Shown piece after piece: positions 47,399 through 59,849 of a stretch of DNA of 60,839 nucleotides. The first letter of the stretch is position 1. Each line of letters opens with the position of its first letter. Position numbers and translations under genes: made by a program. Under the pieces are notes generated by a model. The model saw only the letters and a program-made list of their open reading frames with translations, was not told where the DNA came from and did no database searches. Location of the stretch: positions 1 through 60,839 of the IMG/VR virus record IMGVR_UViG_3300032233_001802; one strand, 5' to 3'. The DNA comes from a virus. Taxonomy: Duplodnaviria; Caudoviricetes.

Positions 47399-50300
47399 CA
47401 ACAATAACCGTATCAACGAATCGTGGCTCTAAAGGTCCTCAGGGTCCATCAGGTCCTTCAGGTCCTGCAGGCGCGTCTGGTAATACAGCCGATGCGTATA
47501 ATCAGGCAAATACTGCTCGAACAACCGCGAACGGCGCATATGCTCAGGCTAATGGTGCATATGGACAAGCCAACCTTGCATATACTGCTGCTAACACTGC
47601 TCAGACAGCGGCAAATACTGCCAATACGAATGCATTGAATGCATATGGGGCTGCAAATACTGCCAATACTAATGCGCTCAATGCATACGGTCAGGCTAAT
47701 CTATCTTACACAGCTGCTAACTCTGCTCAGACCGCAGCAAATACTTCTAACACTAATGCACTAAATGCATATGGACAAGCCAACCTTGCATACACAGCTG
47801 CTAACTCTGCTCAGACCGCAGCAAATACTTCTAACACTAATGCACTAAATGCATATACTGCTGCTAATAGTGCACAGACATCTGCTAATGGAGCCTACGC
47901 TCAAGCAAACGGCGCTTATGCTCAAGCAAACGGCGCTTATGCTCAAGCAAATCTAGCAGTTCTAAAAACTGGCGACACAATGACTGGGAATTTAAACGTC
48001 CAGCATGTTATCCCTAGTTCTAACATAACTTATGATCTCGGTTCTGCGACAAGAAGATTTAAAGATCTTTGGCTAAGCAATAGCACGATCTATATCGGTG
48101 ATACTATTCTGTCTGCTAGTGGCGACGAAATGCGCGCCAATACTTTCAATGCTGCAACATCAGTTATTGTTGGCGGTGTTAATGTTCTGGCTAAGACGAA
48201 CAATGCATACACTGCAGCTAACACTGCTCAAACATCAGCGAATACAGCCAATACGAATGCACTAAATGCATATGGACAAGCTAATCTTGCATACACTGCA
48301 TCTAATAGTGCTCAAACATCAGCGAATACAGCATACGCTCAAGCAAACCTTGCATACACTGCAGCTAACACTGCTCAAACATCAGCGAATACAGCAAATA
48401 CGAATGCATTGAATGCGTATGGTTCAGCTAACTCTTCAGCCAATACAGTAAGAGTTTCGCAAAATGGGTCATCAACTCTAAGTAGTAAGCAATTAAACTT
48501 TATTAATACTTCAACGATTACTGTTACAGTGGCTTCTGCTGGTGATGGAACGAATGCGAATATTTCCTTCACAGCAGTTGGTGGTGCTGCTTATGATCAA
48601 GCAAATCTTGCATACACAGCTGCTAACTCTGCTCAGACTGCAGCCAATACAGCGAATACCAATGCATTGAATGCATATGGAAAAGCAAATAACTCGGCTA
48701 ATACTGTTTGGGTTTATGCAAATGGTTCTTCTATCCTTTCTAACGGCAATCTGAATTTTAATAATACTGCAACCATTAATGTTTCTGCATCAGCAAATGG
48801 TTCTGGTCAATCTAATGTAGAATTTTCTGTTAATGCCAATTCATTTACCTTAATCGGGCGTCCAACTTCTGCATTAACTCTTGCATCTAATGTAACTGTT
48901 TCGCAAGATATGACGGTTACTGGGAATCTCTTTGTTCAGGGTGATAGCGTAACATTTAATGTCTCAACACTCAAAGTTGAAGACAATGAAATTATTTTAA
49001 ACTCTAGTAACACTGGAATTGCTCCTGCTGTTGATGCATTAATTACTGTAGAAAGAGGAACTTCAACTGATACATATTTAAAATGGAACGAGACAACGGA
49101 TAAATGGACTTGGAGTGACGATGGATCAACAGCTTATAACTTCAGCACCTCACTGAGTGCATATGCTCAAGCAAATTCTGCTTACGGGCAAGCAAATCTA
49201 GCATACACAGCAGCTAACACTGCTCAAACTTCTTCTAATACAGTTTATGCTCAAGCAAATCTAGCATACACAGCAGCTAACACTGCTCAAACTTCTTCTA
49301 ATACAGTTTATGCTCAAGCAAATCTAGCATATACCGCCGCAAATTCTGCTCAGACTGCAGCGAATACGGCAAATACGAATGCATTGAATGCATATGGTGC
49401 TGCAAACTCTGCTGCGAATACTGTAAGAGTTTCTTCAAATGGAGGCTCGACGCTTTCTGGCAAGCAACTAAACTTTATCAACACATCAACTATTACTGTT
49501 ACAGTGGCTTCTGCTGGTGATGGAACTAATGCAAATATTTCGTTTACTGCAGTTGGCGGTGCTGCTTATGATCAGGCAAACGCTGCTTATACAGCAGCTA
49601 ACTCTGCGCAAACATCTTCTAACACAGTTTATGCGCAAGCTAATCTAGCCTATACAGCCGCCAATTCCGCACAGACTTCTGCAAATACTGCGAATACTAA
49701 TGCACTAAATGCATACGGCGATGCTAATACAGCTAACACTAATGCACTAAATGCATATGGTCAAGCAAATAATGCTTACGCTAAAGCAAACTCTGCTGCA
49801 AATAATGTTGCAATTTTTGCTAATGGTACAGTTGTTCTATCAAATGCTAATGTAAACTTTAACAATACTGCAACTATTAACGTTGCTGCAACTGCTAATG
49901 GTACTGGGCAGGTTAACGTAGCATTTTCGATAAACACTTCTTCAATTAGTGGTGCCACTGGCGCACAAGGTCCACAAGGTCCTGCTGGTACACAAGGTCC
50001 TCAAGGACCATCGGGTCCATCTGTAACAGGTGCTCAAGGACCGCAGGGACCACAAGGTCCTGCTGGTACACAAGGTCCTCAAGGACCATCGGGTCCATCT
50101 GTAACAGGTGCTCAAGGACCGCAGGGACCATCTGGTGCATTGACTCCATGGACCGTCAAAAACACGACATACACAGCTGTTAATGGCGATCGTTTAATCG
50201 CTAATACTTCTGCTGGTGCGTTCACGATTACTCTACCAGTTACTCCAGCCAGCGGTGCTTATATCGTAATCACTGATGCAAATGATTGGAGTGCTAATAA

Positions 50301-50772
50301 TCTAACAGTTGCGCGCAATGGCTCGACGATTGAAGGATATGCTCAAGATCTTGTTTTAGATCAGAAGGGTGTGACTGTTGAACTCATATATGATGGCGGA
50401 ACATGGTCCGTTACTGCAACCACTGGTTCGCAAGGTCCATCTGGTCCTGCTGATATCCCTCAAAATAGTCAAAACAATTCATATACTCTTGCAATATCAG
50501 ATAATGGTAAACACATCTATACACAAAACACTGGAGGAACTCAAACAATTACAATCCCTGCAAATAATACTGTAGATTTTAATATTGGATCTGCAATCAG
50601 TATTATTTCAAAAGGAACGGGTAATGTAATTGTATCAAAGGCTTCTGGTGTGAACTTATACCTCGCCGCAAACTCAACTAGTGCTAGCAGAAATATTGCT
50701 GCTTATGGAATGGCAACACTTATTAAGGTCGAAGCAAATACGTGGTTTATCAACGGCACTGGAGTGACCTAA
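47395..50772 (+). CDS. fibre protein with AYxQAN heptad repeats, duplicated beta modules and short collagen segments
   Basis: Repeats visible in the translation. Confidence 0.85.
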   Translation: MTTITVSTNRGSKGPQGPSGPSGPAGASGNTADAYNQANTARTTANGAYAQANGAYGQANLAYTAANTAQTAANTANTNALNAYGAANTANTNALNAYGQANLSYTAANSAQTAANTSNTNALNAYGQANLAYTAANSAQTAANTSNTNALNAYTAANSAQTSANGAYAQANGAYAQANGAYAQANLAVLKTGDTMTGNLNVQHVIPSSNITYDLGSATRRFKDLWLSNSTIYIGDTILSASGDEMRANTFNAATSVIVGGVNVLAKTNNAYTAANTAQTSANTANTNALNAYGQANLAYTASNSAQTSANTAYAQANLAYTAANTAQTSANTANTNALNAYGSANSSANTVRVSQNGSSTLSSKQLNFINTSTITVTVASAGDGTNANISFTAVGGAAYDQANLAYTAANSAQTAANTANTNALNAYGKANNSANTVWVYANGSSILSNGNLNFNNTATINVSASANGSGQSNVEFSVNANSFTLIGRPTSALTLASNVTVSQDMTVTGNLFVQGDSVTFNVSTLKVEDNEIILNSSNTGIAPAVDALITVERGTSTDTYLKWNETTDKWTWSDDGSTAYNFSTSLSAYAQANSAYGQANLAYTAANTAQTSSNTVYAQANLAYTAANTAQTSSNTVYAQANLAYTAANSAQTAANTANTNALNAYGAANSAANTVRVSSNGGSTLSGKQLNFINTSTITVTVASAGDGTNANISFTAVGGAAYDQANAAYTAANSAQTSSNTVYAQANLAYTAANSAQTSANTANTNALNAYGDANTANTNALNAYGQANNAYAKANSAANNVAIFANGTVVLSNANVNFNNTATINVAATANGTGQVNVAFSINTSSISGATGAQGPQGPAGTQGPQGPSGPSVTGAQGPQGPQGPAGTQGPQGPSGPSVTGAQGPQGPSGALTPWTVKNTTYTAVNGDRLIANTSAGAFTITLPVTPASGAYIVITDANDWSANNLTVARNGSTIEGYAQDLVLDQKGVTVELIYDGGTWSVTATTGSQGPSGPADIPQNSQNNSYTLAISDNGKHIYTQNTGGTQTITIPANNTVDFNIGSAISIISKGTGNVIVSKASGVNLYLAANSTSASRNIAAYGMATLIKVEANTWFINGTGVT

Positions 50773-50773
50773 T

Positions 50774-51457
50774 ATGCACGGCGCGATGATGTTGAATATG
50801 GCACAGACTTTTGTACCGCCGCCATTACTAGTTTATGATTTAGACGCTGCAAATTATTCTGCATTACCAGGTGTTGGTAATACTGTTAATGGATTTACCG
50901 TAACTACATCAAATACTGCTGGCTCACTTTCTTGGAATAGTGCGAATGGCGGGGTATTCAGAAAGAGCAGTTCTTCTGGCTTAGATTACATCTATGGTGG
51001 ACCAAGCTATGTAACTGGTCAAAGTTACTCGGTCTTTATGGCTTATAAGTTGTCAGCAACTTCCTCTGGTAGATTACTCAACACTCAAAGTGAAGGTGTT
51101 AAAGACTGGATGATGGGCGCATACAATGGATATCCGAATGCATTTTATCCAAACTTTTCTGTGAATTTACCATCATCAGGTGCAGATACTGTTTGGCATT
51201 TTGCTTGGGCGACATGGAATACTAATACAACTGTTGGGCAACTCTGGGTAGCAACAAATACAGCACCATCAAATTATTCATACACAGCGACCAATGCTGG
51301 TGGTGGCGGATTTAATCAGCTAAGATTATTCAGCCGTGCATCAGGGTCAGAAGTGCAAACAGGTGATATAGGATTTGTTAAAGTTTATAATGGAATTTTG
51401 AGCATCGGAGACATACAATCTCTCCATGCGACTTATAAAACGAGATTCGGGTATTAA
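50774..51457 (+). CDS. LamG/concanavalin-A-like lectin domain protein
   Basis: YDLDAANYS, WHFAWATW and GDIGFVKVYNGILS...KTRFG motifs. Confidence 0.75.
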   Translation: MHGAMMLNMAQTFVPPPLLVYDLDAANYSALPGVGNTVNGFTVTTSNTAGSLSWNSANGGVFRKSSSSGLDYIYGGPSYVTGQSYSVFMAYKLSATSSGRLLNTQSEGVKDWMMGAYNGYPNAFYPNFSVNLPSSGADTVWHFAWATWNTNTTVGQLWVATNTAPSNYSYTATNAGGGGFNQLRLFSRASGSEVQTGDIGFVKVYNGILSIGDIQSLHATYKTRFGY

Positions 51458-51488
51458 TAAATACAATTAACAGTTTTTGAGAATAAAA

Positions 51489-54400
51489 ATGCCAATAACT
51501 TTAAGCACCATTCTTTCTTCTAATTCCCCTTCTGGTCCATCGGGTCCATCTGGCGTCACTGGTTCTCAGGGTCCACAAGGTCCGCAGGGCGTACAAGGAC
51601 CACAGGGACCAACTGGTATTCAAGGTAGTCAGGGTTCTACTGGCGCACAAGGACCACAAGGTCCTGCTGGTGATACAGGGCAAACAGGTCCACAAGGTCC
51701 TCAGGGTCCTGCTGGCGCTCAAGGTCCACAAGGTCCACAAGGTCTCACTGGTGCACAAGGTCCGCAGGGCGTACAAGGAATACAAGGTCCGCAGGGTGTT
51801 CAAGGTGTCACTGGTGCTCAAGGACCACAGGGTCCACAAGGTGTCACTGGTGCACAGGGTCCTCAAGGACCATCGGGTCCATCTGTAACAGGTGCTCAAG
51901 GACCGCAGGGACCACAAGGTGTCGCTGGTGCACAAGGACCACAAGGTCCACAGGGTGTGAAGGGTGATACTGGATCATTCGGTGGCGCGACCTTCTCATA
52001 CTTCTATTCAACGAATACTTCAAACACTGATCCAACTGCAGGTTATGCAAAGTTTGATAATACTGCTCTTGGTAGTGTAACTACGTTTTATATTAATGCT
52101 GTTGATGATAGTGGAGCGAATGCGTACAATTATTTACAGACAATTGATGATTCAACGTCAAGTATTAAGGGAACATTTAAAGTTTCTAATACTCAAAATG
52201 TACTTGAATTTGCGTTCTTTAATATTACTGGTCTTCATGATCACAGCGGAAACTTCTTCTATGTTCCAGTTCAATGGGTGAGTGGTAATACGTCATTCTC
52301 TAATGGATCTAATAATCTTATCACGTTTGTAAGAACTGGTGATAAAGGTGATACTGGTGCGCAAGGTCCTACTGGTCCTTCTGGTCCTGCAAATGGTCCA
52401 TCTGGACCAGTAGGGGCACAAGGTCCATCTGGACCAGTAGGGGCACAAGGTCCTCAAGGTCCACAAGGTGTCACTGGTGCACAGGGTCCACAGGGTGTTA
52501 TTGGAGCGCAAGGAGCAACTGGTGCACAAGGACCGCAGGGTCCATCGGGTGCTCAAGGTATTGAGGGTCCGCAAGGTCCACAAGGTCTAAAGGGTGATAC
52601 TGGAGCACAAGGACCACAAGGTCCAGTTGGCGCTCAAGGTCCACAGGGTGTTGCTGGTCCACAGGGACCACAAGGTCCATCTGGTGCTCAAGGTATTGAG
52701 GGTCCACAAGGTCCACAAGGTCTAAAGGGTGATACTGGATTTACTGGTGCGCAAGGTCCACAAGGACCACAAGGACTACAAGGTGCTACTGGTGCACAGG
52801 GTCCACAGGGTGTCACTGGTGCACAAGGTCCACAGGGTCCATCAGGCGTTGAAGGTCCACAAGGTGTAGTTGGTTCACAAGGACCACAAGGACCACAAGG
52901 TCTAAAAGGCGACACTGGAAATACTGGTGCACAGGGTCCGCAAGGACCACAAGGTGTCACTGGTGCACAGGGACCACAAGGTCCATCGGGTGCTCAAGGT
53001 ATTGAGGGTCCACAAGGACCACAAGGTGTCGCTGGTGCACAAGGACCGCAGGGTCCATCGGGTGCTCAAGGTATTGGGGGTCCACAAGGACCACAAGGTG
53101 TCGCTGGTGCTCAAGGACCACAGGGTCCACAAGGTGTCACTGGTGCACAGGGTCCTCAAGGACCAAGTGGTCCAAATGCTAATGCTGCATATGATCAGGC
53201 TAATGCTGCTTATAGTCAGGCTAACTCAGCATATAATGCTGCGAATAATGCTCAAGTTACAGTATATGCAAACAGCGCTTCTGCAAAGACTACGCAGAAG
53301 ATTAATTTTGCAAATACTGCAACAATTCAAGTAGCAGTAAGTGCTGATGGTGCAAATGCTAATGTTGAGTTTGTCACTATTGGCGACTCTTCAGCTGGTA
53401 CTGTTCAAGCTGCATATGCTGCCGCCAATACTGCTAATACGAATGCGTTGAACGCCTATAGCGGTGCAAATACAGCTAATACGAATGCATTGAATGCATA
53501 TGGTGCCGCCAATACTGCTAATACCAATGCACTAAATGCCTATGGTCAAGCGAATGCTGCATACAGTCAAGCCAATGCTGCATATAATCAAGCCAATACA
53601 AGTTATCTACCTTCAGTAACTCGCCTTGATGTAACTAATAGCGGCGCAAGCGCATATCGATTTGATCAATATGGATCAGCAGTTGATGATCCAACACTAT
53701 ATGTCCGCGCTGGCGAGACGATTGCATTTAATTTAAACAATGCTGGACACCCATTCGCGATTCGCGTTTCTGACGGTGGTGCCAATTACGATACTGGCTT
53801 AACCCATGTCGCGACTAATGGCACAGTGAGCACTGGCTCCTCTGCACAAGGAAAGGTTGCTGGAACATTATACTGGAAGGTTCCATCTACACTAGGTGGA
53901 AACACCTATGTCTATCAGTGTACAGCCCATGCAGGAATGGTTGGTAACATTGTTATCGAACCACCAATGGTTATTGCTTATGCTCAAGCAAATACAGCAA
54001 GAGATACGGCAAATGGTGCATATTCTCAAGCCAATAATGCATATCTTGCCGCTAATAATTCTAACTTAAAATCAGGTGGTACAATTACTGGTGATCTACA
54101 AGTTACTGGTAACATCTATCTCGGTACAGGCAATGTATCTTATATCAACGTAAGCAGTATCGCTGTTAACGATTCTGTCATTCTTCTCGCGACAAATAAC
54201 TCATCGGATGCAATTGATATTGGTATTATTGGACGATATTCAAATTCACCAAATCTACACACTGGATTCCTTCGAGATTCTGTAACTAAGAAGTGGCATA
54301 TCTTTGACGGTTATGGACCAGAACCAAGCAATAACAACGTTGACTTGGCTGTTTCTAATACTGCCACACTTGTTGCTAATCTTGAGGCTAACAGCATTAC

Positions 54401-55340
54401 TCTTGTCGGTAATGTAGTGGCAACAGCAGGTAATACTGCTAATGCGTATGCTCAAGCGAACGCTGCATATGGTCAGGCAAATGCTGCATACAGTCAAGCC
54501 AATACTGCACGCAGTGATGCGAATACAACCTTTGCGACTATTAATACGACGTTTGGTACTATCAATACCAATGCAACGAATATTAATTCTAATGGGTTGA
54601 ATGCATATGGTCAGGCAAATGCTGCATACAGTCAAGCAAATACAGCTCGTTCTGACGCGAATACAACATTTGCAACTGTTAATACAACGTTTGGTACTAT
54701 CAATACCAATGCAACGAATATTAATTCCAATGGGTTGAATGCATATGCTCAGGCTAATGCTGCTTATGGTGCTGCAAATACTGCTAACACTAATGCACTA
54801 AATGCTTATGGACAGGCTAATGCAGCCTATACCCAAGCAAATACTGCTCGTAGTGATGCGAATACTAGTCTTGCTACCCATAATACGACATTCTCTACTG
54901 TCAATACAACATTCGGCACGATTAATACAACATTTGCAACTGTTAATACAACGTTTGGTACTATCAATACTACGTTCACTGGTAATGTTACTGGAACGTT
55001 GAAGGGCACTAAAGACTTCATGATCACTAGTACCAGTACAACAACTTCCAACACCATTGATCTATCTGTATCAAACTACTTCAGACATACGCTGACTGGT
55101 AATACGACATTTACGTTTGCTAATGCTCCAGCTTCTGGTAATGGTCAAATGGTTTCTGTTCTAATTATCCAGGATGCAACTGGTGGCAGAACAGTAACAT
55201 GGGCAAATACTGTATACTGGGCTGGTGGAACTTCACCTCCTGCAACAACTACAGCAAATGCAAGAGATCTATGGACGTTCTTTACTTATGATGCAGGTTC
55301 AACCTTCTGGGGCACATTGACAATGAAGGATGTTAGATGA
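51489..55340 (+). CDS. collagen-like fibre protein with cupredoxin-like module and C-terminal adaptor domain
   Basis: Long (G-P-Q)-type tracts; AYxQAN heptads; GHPF...CTAHAGM; C-terminus paralogous to 38049..40172. Confidence 0.88.
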   Translation: MPITLSTILSSNSPSGPSGPSGVTGSQGPQGPQGVQGPQGPTGIQGSQGSTGAQGPQGPAGDTGQTGPQGPQGPAGAQGPQGPQGLTGAQGPQGVQGIQGPQGVQGVTGAQGPQGPQGVTGAQGPQGPSGPSVTGAQGPQGPQGVAGAQGPQGPQGVKGDTGSFGGATFSYFYSTNTSNTDPTAGYAKFDNTALGSVTTFYINAVDDSGANAYNYLQTIDDSTSSIKGTFKVSNTQNVLEFAFFNITGLHDHSGNFFYVPVQWVSGNTSFSNGSNNLITFVRTGDKGDTGAQGPTGPSGPANGPSGPVGAQGPSGPVGAQGPQGPQGVTGAQGPQGVIGAQGATGAQGPQGPSGAQGIEGPQGPQGLKGDTGAQGPQGPVGAQGPQGVAGPQGPQGPSGAQGIEGPQGPQGLKGDTGFTGAQGPQGPQGLQGATGAQGPQGVTGAQGPQGPSGVEGPQGVVGSQGPQGPQGLKGDTGNTGAQGPQGPQGVTGAQGPQGPSGAQGIEGPQGPQGVAGAQGPQGPSGAQGIGGPQGPQGVAGAQGPQGPQGVTGAQGPQGPSGPNANAAYDQANAAYSQANSAYNAANNAQVTVYANSASAKTTQKINFANTATIQVAVSADGANANVEFVTIGDSSAGTVQAAYAAANTANTNALNAYSGANTANTNALNAYGAANTANTNALNAYGQANAAYSQANAAYNQANTSYLPSVTRLDVTNSGASAYRFDQYGSAVDDPTLYVRAGETIAFNLNNAGHPFAIRVSDGGANYDTGLTHVATNGTVSTGSSAQGKVAGTLYWKVPSTLGGNTYVYQCTAHAGMVGNIVIEPPMVIAYAQANTARDTANGAYSQANNAYLAANNSNLKSGGTITGDLQVTGNIYLGTGNVSYINVSSIAVNDSVILLATNNSSDAIDIGIIGRYSNSPNLHTGFLRDSVTKKWHIFDGYGPEPSNNNVDLAVSNTATLVANLEANSITLVGNVVATAGNTANAYAQANAAYGQANAAYSQANTARSDANTTFATINTTFGTINTNATNINSNGLNAYGQANAAYSQANTARSDANTTFATVNTTFGTINTNATNINSNGLNAYAQANAAYGAANTANTNALNAYGQANAAYTQANTARSDANTSLATHNTTFSTVNTTFGTINTTFATVNTTFGTINTTFTGNVTGTLKGTKDFMITSTSTTTSNTIDLSVSNYFRHTLTGNTTFTFANAPASGNGQMVSVLIIQDATGGRTVTWANTVYWAGGTSPPATTTANARDLWTFFTYDAGSTFWGTLTMKDVR

Positions 55341-55975
55341 TCATTTCTAATGATTTGAAGTATCTTTTTATTGCCAATCCAAAAACTGGGACTAACACGG
55401 CAAGAAATGTTTTGCGACCATATGGATATTACATTTCCGACGCTCATTCTTCTTCTCCTTCTCAACACGTAACAGTTGATGAATGCATCGAATTATTATC
55501 TCGTCAAAAACCAGAATTTAATCCTTCTCAACTAGAGAAAATATATGTGTTTTGGAGAGATCCAATTAAAAGATTTACTTCAGCATATAATTTTGTTAAA
55601 CAGTCAATTTCTGGTCCAGGATTAAACGTCCTAGTAAGAACTCGACCAAATATACTCATCAACAATAATACAGATATAAGTCCAGAAAATTTATTGCTAG
55701 ATAGAATTAATTCGCCATCCAAGAAATATGAAGATCCTATTGCTCAAATTTTAACAAAACAATCAAAATGGATTAAACCAAGCACTATTACGCAAGTTTT
55801 AAATTTTGATGATTATGAAAATAATTTAAGAATTGTTGCTGCAGCATTTGGTGCGGACATCTCAACTCTTGAGATCCCATCTTTAAATGAAAGTTCTGAT
55901 ACAGGATTAGAGATTACATCATCTCTAGAAGCAATGATCAGAGAATACTATGCGGAAGATTATGCGCTGATCTAG
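55337..55975 (+). CDS. sulfotransferase-family protein
   Basis: PKTGTNT (5'-PSB-like) and [11 protein letters not shown] (3'-PB-like) motifs; YYAEDY. Confidence 0.82.
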   Translation: MIISNDLKYLFIANPKTGTNTARNVLRPYGYYISDAHSSSPSQHVTVDECIELLSRQKPEFNPSQLEKIYVFWRDPIKRFTSAYNFVKQSISGPGLNVLVRTRPNILINNNTDISPENLLLDRINSPSKKYEDPIAQILTKQSKWIKPSTITQVLNFDDYENNLRIVAAAFGADISTLEIPSLNESSDTGLEITSSLEAMIREYYAEDYALI

Positions 55976-56016
55976 AGATCATATATAGAAGTATGTTGTT
56001 ATTGATGTGAGTCTAT

Positions 56017-57012
56017 ATGAAAATTCATGTTCTGGTGAATCCAAGAAATCCTACTGGCTTAATGAATCGCATTGATCCATTTGCGGTTCATGGCTACAAA
56101 TATATTAAACATCTGTCACCGCATTTCGAAATGGTGCACTATGGCATTCCTGGTGCACAAGTAGATTGCGAGCATGTTGATATAAACACCGACCCAAACG
56201 ATATTCGCGGCTTCAATGAAAAGGCTGGCACCGAAATACAAAAGCGCGCATCGGCTGGTGATGTTATTGTTTGCTTCTATGGAGTAGACAATAAACTTGC
56301 TTGTGATATGAATCAGAATTGTAAAATTGTAGAGCCATCTATTGGCTATCGTGCAAATGGAACTTTTGCGCCATATCGTGTGTTTACTTCTTATGCTCAA
56401 ATGCATATGTATTACGGTCACAGCGATATGTTGATGAATCCGTCATGGTTCGATGAAGTTATCCCTAATCCATTCACAATCAGTGAGTTTGAATTTGTTG
56501 ACAAAAAGGAAGATTATTTCCTCTACTTTGGTCGCGTGTGCGCAGAAAAGGGTGTCGACCTAGCAATCCAAGCCACGCAAAAGATGGGAAAGAAACTCAT
56601 TATTGCTGGTCCAGGCTCATTGAAAGACATTGGATATACTTCTATTCCGAATCACGTTGAGATGGTCGGTTACGTCGGTCCAGACAGAAGAAAAGAACTC
56701 ATGAGCAAAGCAAAAGGTTTGCTAGGCATGACGTATTATGTTGAGCCGTTTGGTAACATGGTAATTGAAGCGAATCTATGCGGCACTCCAGCAATCACTA
56801 CAGATTGGGGTGGATTCACAGAGACTGTGCTTGAAGGAAAGACTGGGTATAGAATCCGTGACTTCAAATCATTGCTAACAGCAATCGAATCCATTGATAA
56901 GATTCAACCGATCGATTGCAGAAATTGGGGATTGAATTTCTCTGACGAAGAAGTTCACGATAAGCATCGTGATTATATTAATAGAATTATTGTTTCTGAC
57001 TTCTATGCGTAA
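56017..57012 (+). CDS. GT4 (GT-B) glycosyltransferase
   Basis: FGRVCAEKG and EPFGNMVIEANLCGTPAITTDWGGFTE motifs. Confidence 0.92.
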   Translation: MKIHVLVNPRNPTGLMNRIDPFAVHGYKYIKHLSPHFEMVHYGIPGAQVDCEHVDINTDPNDIRGFNEKAGTEIQKRASAGDVIVCFYGVDNKLACDMNQNCKIVEPSIGYRANGTFAPYRVFTSYAQMHMYYGHSDMLMNPSWFDEVIPNPFTISEFEFVDKKEDYFLYFGRVCAEKGVDLAIQATQKMGKKLIIAGPGSLKDIGYTSIPNHVEMVGYVGPDRRKELMSKAKGLLGMTYYVEPFGNMVIEANLCGTPAITTDWGGFTETVLEGKTGYRIRDFKSLLTAIESIDKIQPIDCRNWGLNFSDEEVHDKHRDYINRIIVSDFYA

Positions 57013-57757
57013 ACAAATCATAGTAACATCTTCCATTCGCCCAAGAGAAGGGAAGTTCACATATAGCAATACTCGCTCTTTCTTCAGCACAGAAGAAAGA
57101 TTCAGGCAGACAGTTTACACAGTCAATTCTATATCTAATTCATTACCTGACTGTGAAATTGTAATTGTTGATACTTCGGATAACTATGATGAGTATCGTA
57201 AAACATTCAGCTATTTTCCAAACACCGTATACGTCCCTCTAAAGGAACTGTCAGAAGAAGTATTCGAGATTACAAATACTCATAAAAACAAAAGTTATTG
57301 CGAATCATTGATTCTAAACACCTACTACAAAAAATATAGAACTTATATCAAGAAGCTGGACTTTATTGGCAAAACTTCTGGTCGTTATTGTCATTTTAAT
57401 TTTAACGACTCTCTACTAACAGAAGAAAATAGAGACAAATTTTTCTTCAAGCATCCTGTTGGGTGGGAATGGCAAGACGTTTGGGGTTATCATATGGTTG
57501 ACAATAGAGCGCAACAAGGTAACAATATGTTTCACCAGTATAGCAGCGTTCTCTATATGTACGGAATTGAAAACCTAGATAGAATGATGGACATTAATGA
57601 AATGATTATGCATATAACGAATAAACAAGAGTATTCGCATTATGATGTTGAGACTCTACTGTTCTATTTGACTAGGCAATATCAAAGTCAAATTATTGAA
57701 ACAAATTGGTTAGTGTGTGGATGGGAAGGGGCTGGCGGCGGCTTCTTGTACTATTGA
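57005..57757 (+). CDS. hypothetical protein, possibly GT-A-like
   Basis: IVIVDTS, NKSYCE and KTSGRY motifs; lies between glycosyltransferases. Confidence 0.65.
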   Translation: MRKQIIVTSSIRPREGKFTYSNTRSFFSTEERFRQTVYTVNSISNSLPDCEIVIVDTSDNYDEYRKTFSYFPNTVYVPLKELSEEVFEITNTHKNKSYCESLILNTYYKKYRTYIKKLDFIGKTSGRYCHFNFNDSLLTEENRDKFFFKHPVGWEWQDVWGYHMVDNRAQQGNNMFHQYSSVLYMYGIENLDRMMDINEMIMHITNKQEYSHYDVETLLFYLTRQYQSQIIETNWLVCGWEGAGGGFLYY

Positions 57758-57764
57758 GGATATC

Positions 57765-58313
57765 ATGAAAACAAATGTAATTATCACCGACGATTTCTAT
57801 AGCAATCCAGATAATGTTCGAGCATATGCGCTTAATCAGCCGTTCGAAGTTGCGGGCAATTATCCTGGAATGAGAACAAAGCCATACCTTCCAGACGATC
57901 TAAAAGCAGCGATTCAACATATCGTTTATACTGCTGGAGGAAAGGTTACAGATTGGTTTGAGAACGCTGGATATACAGGTGCGTTTCAGATTTGCACCGC
58001 ACAAGATAGAACTTGGATTCACGCTGACAGTTATAATTCTTGGGCGGCTGTTTGTTATCTAACTCCGAATGCTCCATTATCGGCTGGAACTGCGCTCTAT
58101 CGCCACAAGGCAACAGGGGAATACTCAAAAACCAATAATAATCACGAAGGCTATGATTATACCAAGTGGGATATGGTAGACTATATCGCTAACAAATACA
58201 ATAGAATTGTTCTGTATCGCGGCAATCTATTCCACGCTTCTGTGGATTACTTCGGCGATAATTTGCAGAACGGTAGACTATTTCAGACATTCTTCTTTAA
58301 TACTGAATTCTGA
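57765..58313 (+). CDS. DUF6445-type 2OG-Fe(II) oxygenase-like protein
   Basis: DDFYSNPD, YPGMRT, WIHAD, YNRIVLY...FH...RLFQTFF; GAGG RBS before ATG 57765. Confidence 0.8.
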   Translation: MKTNVIITDDFYSNPDNVRAYALNQPFEVAGNYPGMRTKPYLPDDLKAAIQHIVYTAGGKVTDWFENAGYTGAFQICTAQDRTWIHADSYNSWAAVCYLTPNAPLSAGTALYRHKATGEYSKTNNNHEGYDYTKWDMVDYIANKYNRIVLYRGNLFHASVDYFGDNLQNGRLFQTFFFNTEF

Positions 58314-59059
58314 TGAAAATTCTTCATGTAATTTTCTCGACTAATCGTCTGAGGTATCTAACGAAAACTTTGGATTCGTTAAAATACCTTGACTACGGCG
58401 ATCACGAAGTCACAAAAATGCTCGTGGATGACTATCCACGTACCAGAAATGACATGATTTTTGAATTGTTCGGGAAGATGTACGGGTTTCAATTAGTTTT
58501 AAATGAAAAGAACTTCGGGCTTTCTGTAACTTGGTCTTGGCTATTCGAATGGCTAAAGACCCAGGATTACGATTATATTCTCCATCAAGAGGACGATGTA
58601 GTTCTTCTAGAGCCAATTAAGGTCGACGATCTGATTAAAGTATTGGAGTCAGACGAAAAAATGGCTTCAGTTGTGCTTCAGCGCCAGCCATGGTACTTCC
58701 ACGAACAGCCATCTAAAATTGAAGAGACTGATACCAAGATTAATCAGTTCTACTATAGCAAAAATATCAAGACTTTCTCTCCGATGTTCTCGCTCTATCG
58801 AAGAAATATCATCAATTATCCATTTAAAGAGTACTGGGGATTCAATATCAACGAAGGGATGGTGATGGTTTATTTGGACTTTTTCCATCAAATGTTCTCT
58901 GCAGTCCTTAAAAATTCTAGCGGAAGCCATATTATAGAGCATATCGGGGAGGAAACAGTAGGTATTAGGCTTCTTCCAGGCGAGCCAAATCAGGAAAGTT
59001 TTGCCCATATGGACCCAAATCGGATCTACACTTCTCGAGAAGGAAAACTTGTAGAGTAA
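58313..59059 (+). CDS. GT2-like (GT-A) glycosyltransferase
   Basis: LVDD, YDYILHQEDD and EHIG motifs. Confidence 0.8.
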   Translation: MKILHVIFSTNRLRYLTKTLDSLKYLDYGDHEVTKMLVDDYPRTRNDMIFELFGKMYGFQLVLNEKNFGLSVTWSWLFEWLKTQDYDYILHQEDDVVLLEPIKVDDLIKVLESDEKMASVVLQRQPWYFHEQPSKIEETDTKINQFYYSKNIKTFSPMFSLYRRNIINYPFKEYWGFNINEGMVMVYLDFFHQMFSAVLKNSSGSHIIEHIGEETVGIRLLPGEPNQESFAHMDPNRIYTSREGKLVE

Positions 59060-59089
59060 CTAAATATAGAATATCCAGAGAGGTTCTAA

Positions 59090-59848
59090 ATGGCACAACC
59101 TTACACTCGCGCAACTCTTAAAGACTACTGCCTTCGAAGACTTGGTTTCCCAGTCGTAGATATTAACGTCGATGACGATCAATTAGAAGATCGAATCGAC
59201 GATGCTCTACAGCTGTTTAACGAATTCCATTACAATGGAACCGAGAGAGTCTATCTGGCTCAAGCAGTGACAAGTACAGATATCAGCAATCAGTATGTAA
59301 ATCTTGCTGATTCTATTATTGGAATCACTCGAGTATTCCCGATGCTCGGGTCGACTATGGGTTCTACATCGTCGGCAGGTTTTAATATGTTCGATATTAA
59401 CTACCAGTTGCGCCTAAACGATTTCTATAATCTAACTTCCTCGTCATATACCTACTATGTGATTGCACGCGAACATTTAGCCATGCTAGATATGATTGTA
59501 ACTGGACTTCCACCATTTACATTTAATAAACACACTCACACGCTACACGTGCAAACTGACTGGAACAAATATATCAGCGGCTCATACTTGTGTTTTGAAG
59601 CGCATAGAATTATTGATCAGGATACTTACGAAGGCGTGTTTAATGAAACTTGGGTAAAGAACTATACCTCGCAACTATTCAAGAGACAGTGGGGCGAGAA
59701 TCTTAAGAAGTATGGCAATTATGTTCTTCCTGGTGGTCTGGTCATCAATGGACAAACTATCTGGGATGAGGCGTCTGCCGAAATCGAAAAACTAGAAACT
59801 CATCTTCGCGATACTTACGAAGAACCAACTGCATTCATTGTAGGTTAA
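59090..59848 (+). CDS. gp13: neck protein
   Basis: YCLRRLGFPVVDINVDDDQLEDRIDDALQ; KRQWGENLKKY...LPGG. Confidence 0.95.
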   Translation: MAQPYTRATLKDYCLRRLGFPVVDINVDDDQLEDRIDDALQLFNEFHYNGTERVYLAQAVTSTDISNQYVNLADSIIGITRVFPMLGSTMGSTSSAGFNMFDINYQLRLNDFYNLTSSSYTYYVIAREHLAMLDMIVTGLPPFTFNKHTHTLHVQTDWNKYISGSYLCFEAHRIIDQDTYEGVFNETWVKNYTSQLFKRQWGENLKKYGNYVLPGGLVINGQTIWDEASAEIEKLETHLRDTYEEPTAFIVG

Positions 59849-59849
59849 A

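Noticed and set aside
51520-53175. Animal-style collagen Y-position prolyl 4-hydroxylation as the role of the oxygenases
   Set aside because: Triplets are almost all G-P-Q, G-P-S or G-A-Q, with Pro in the X position rather than Y.
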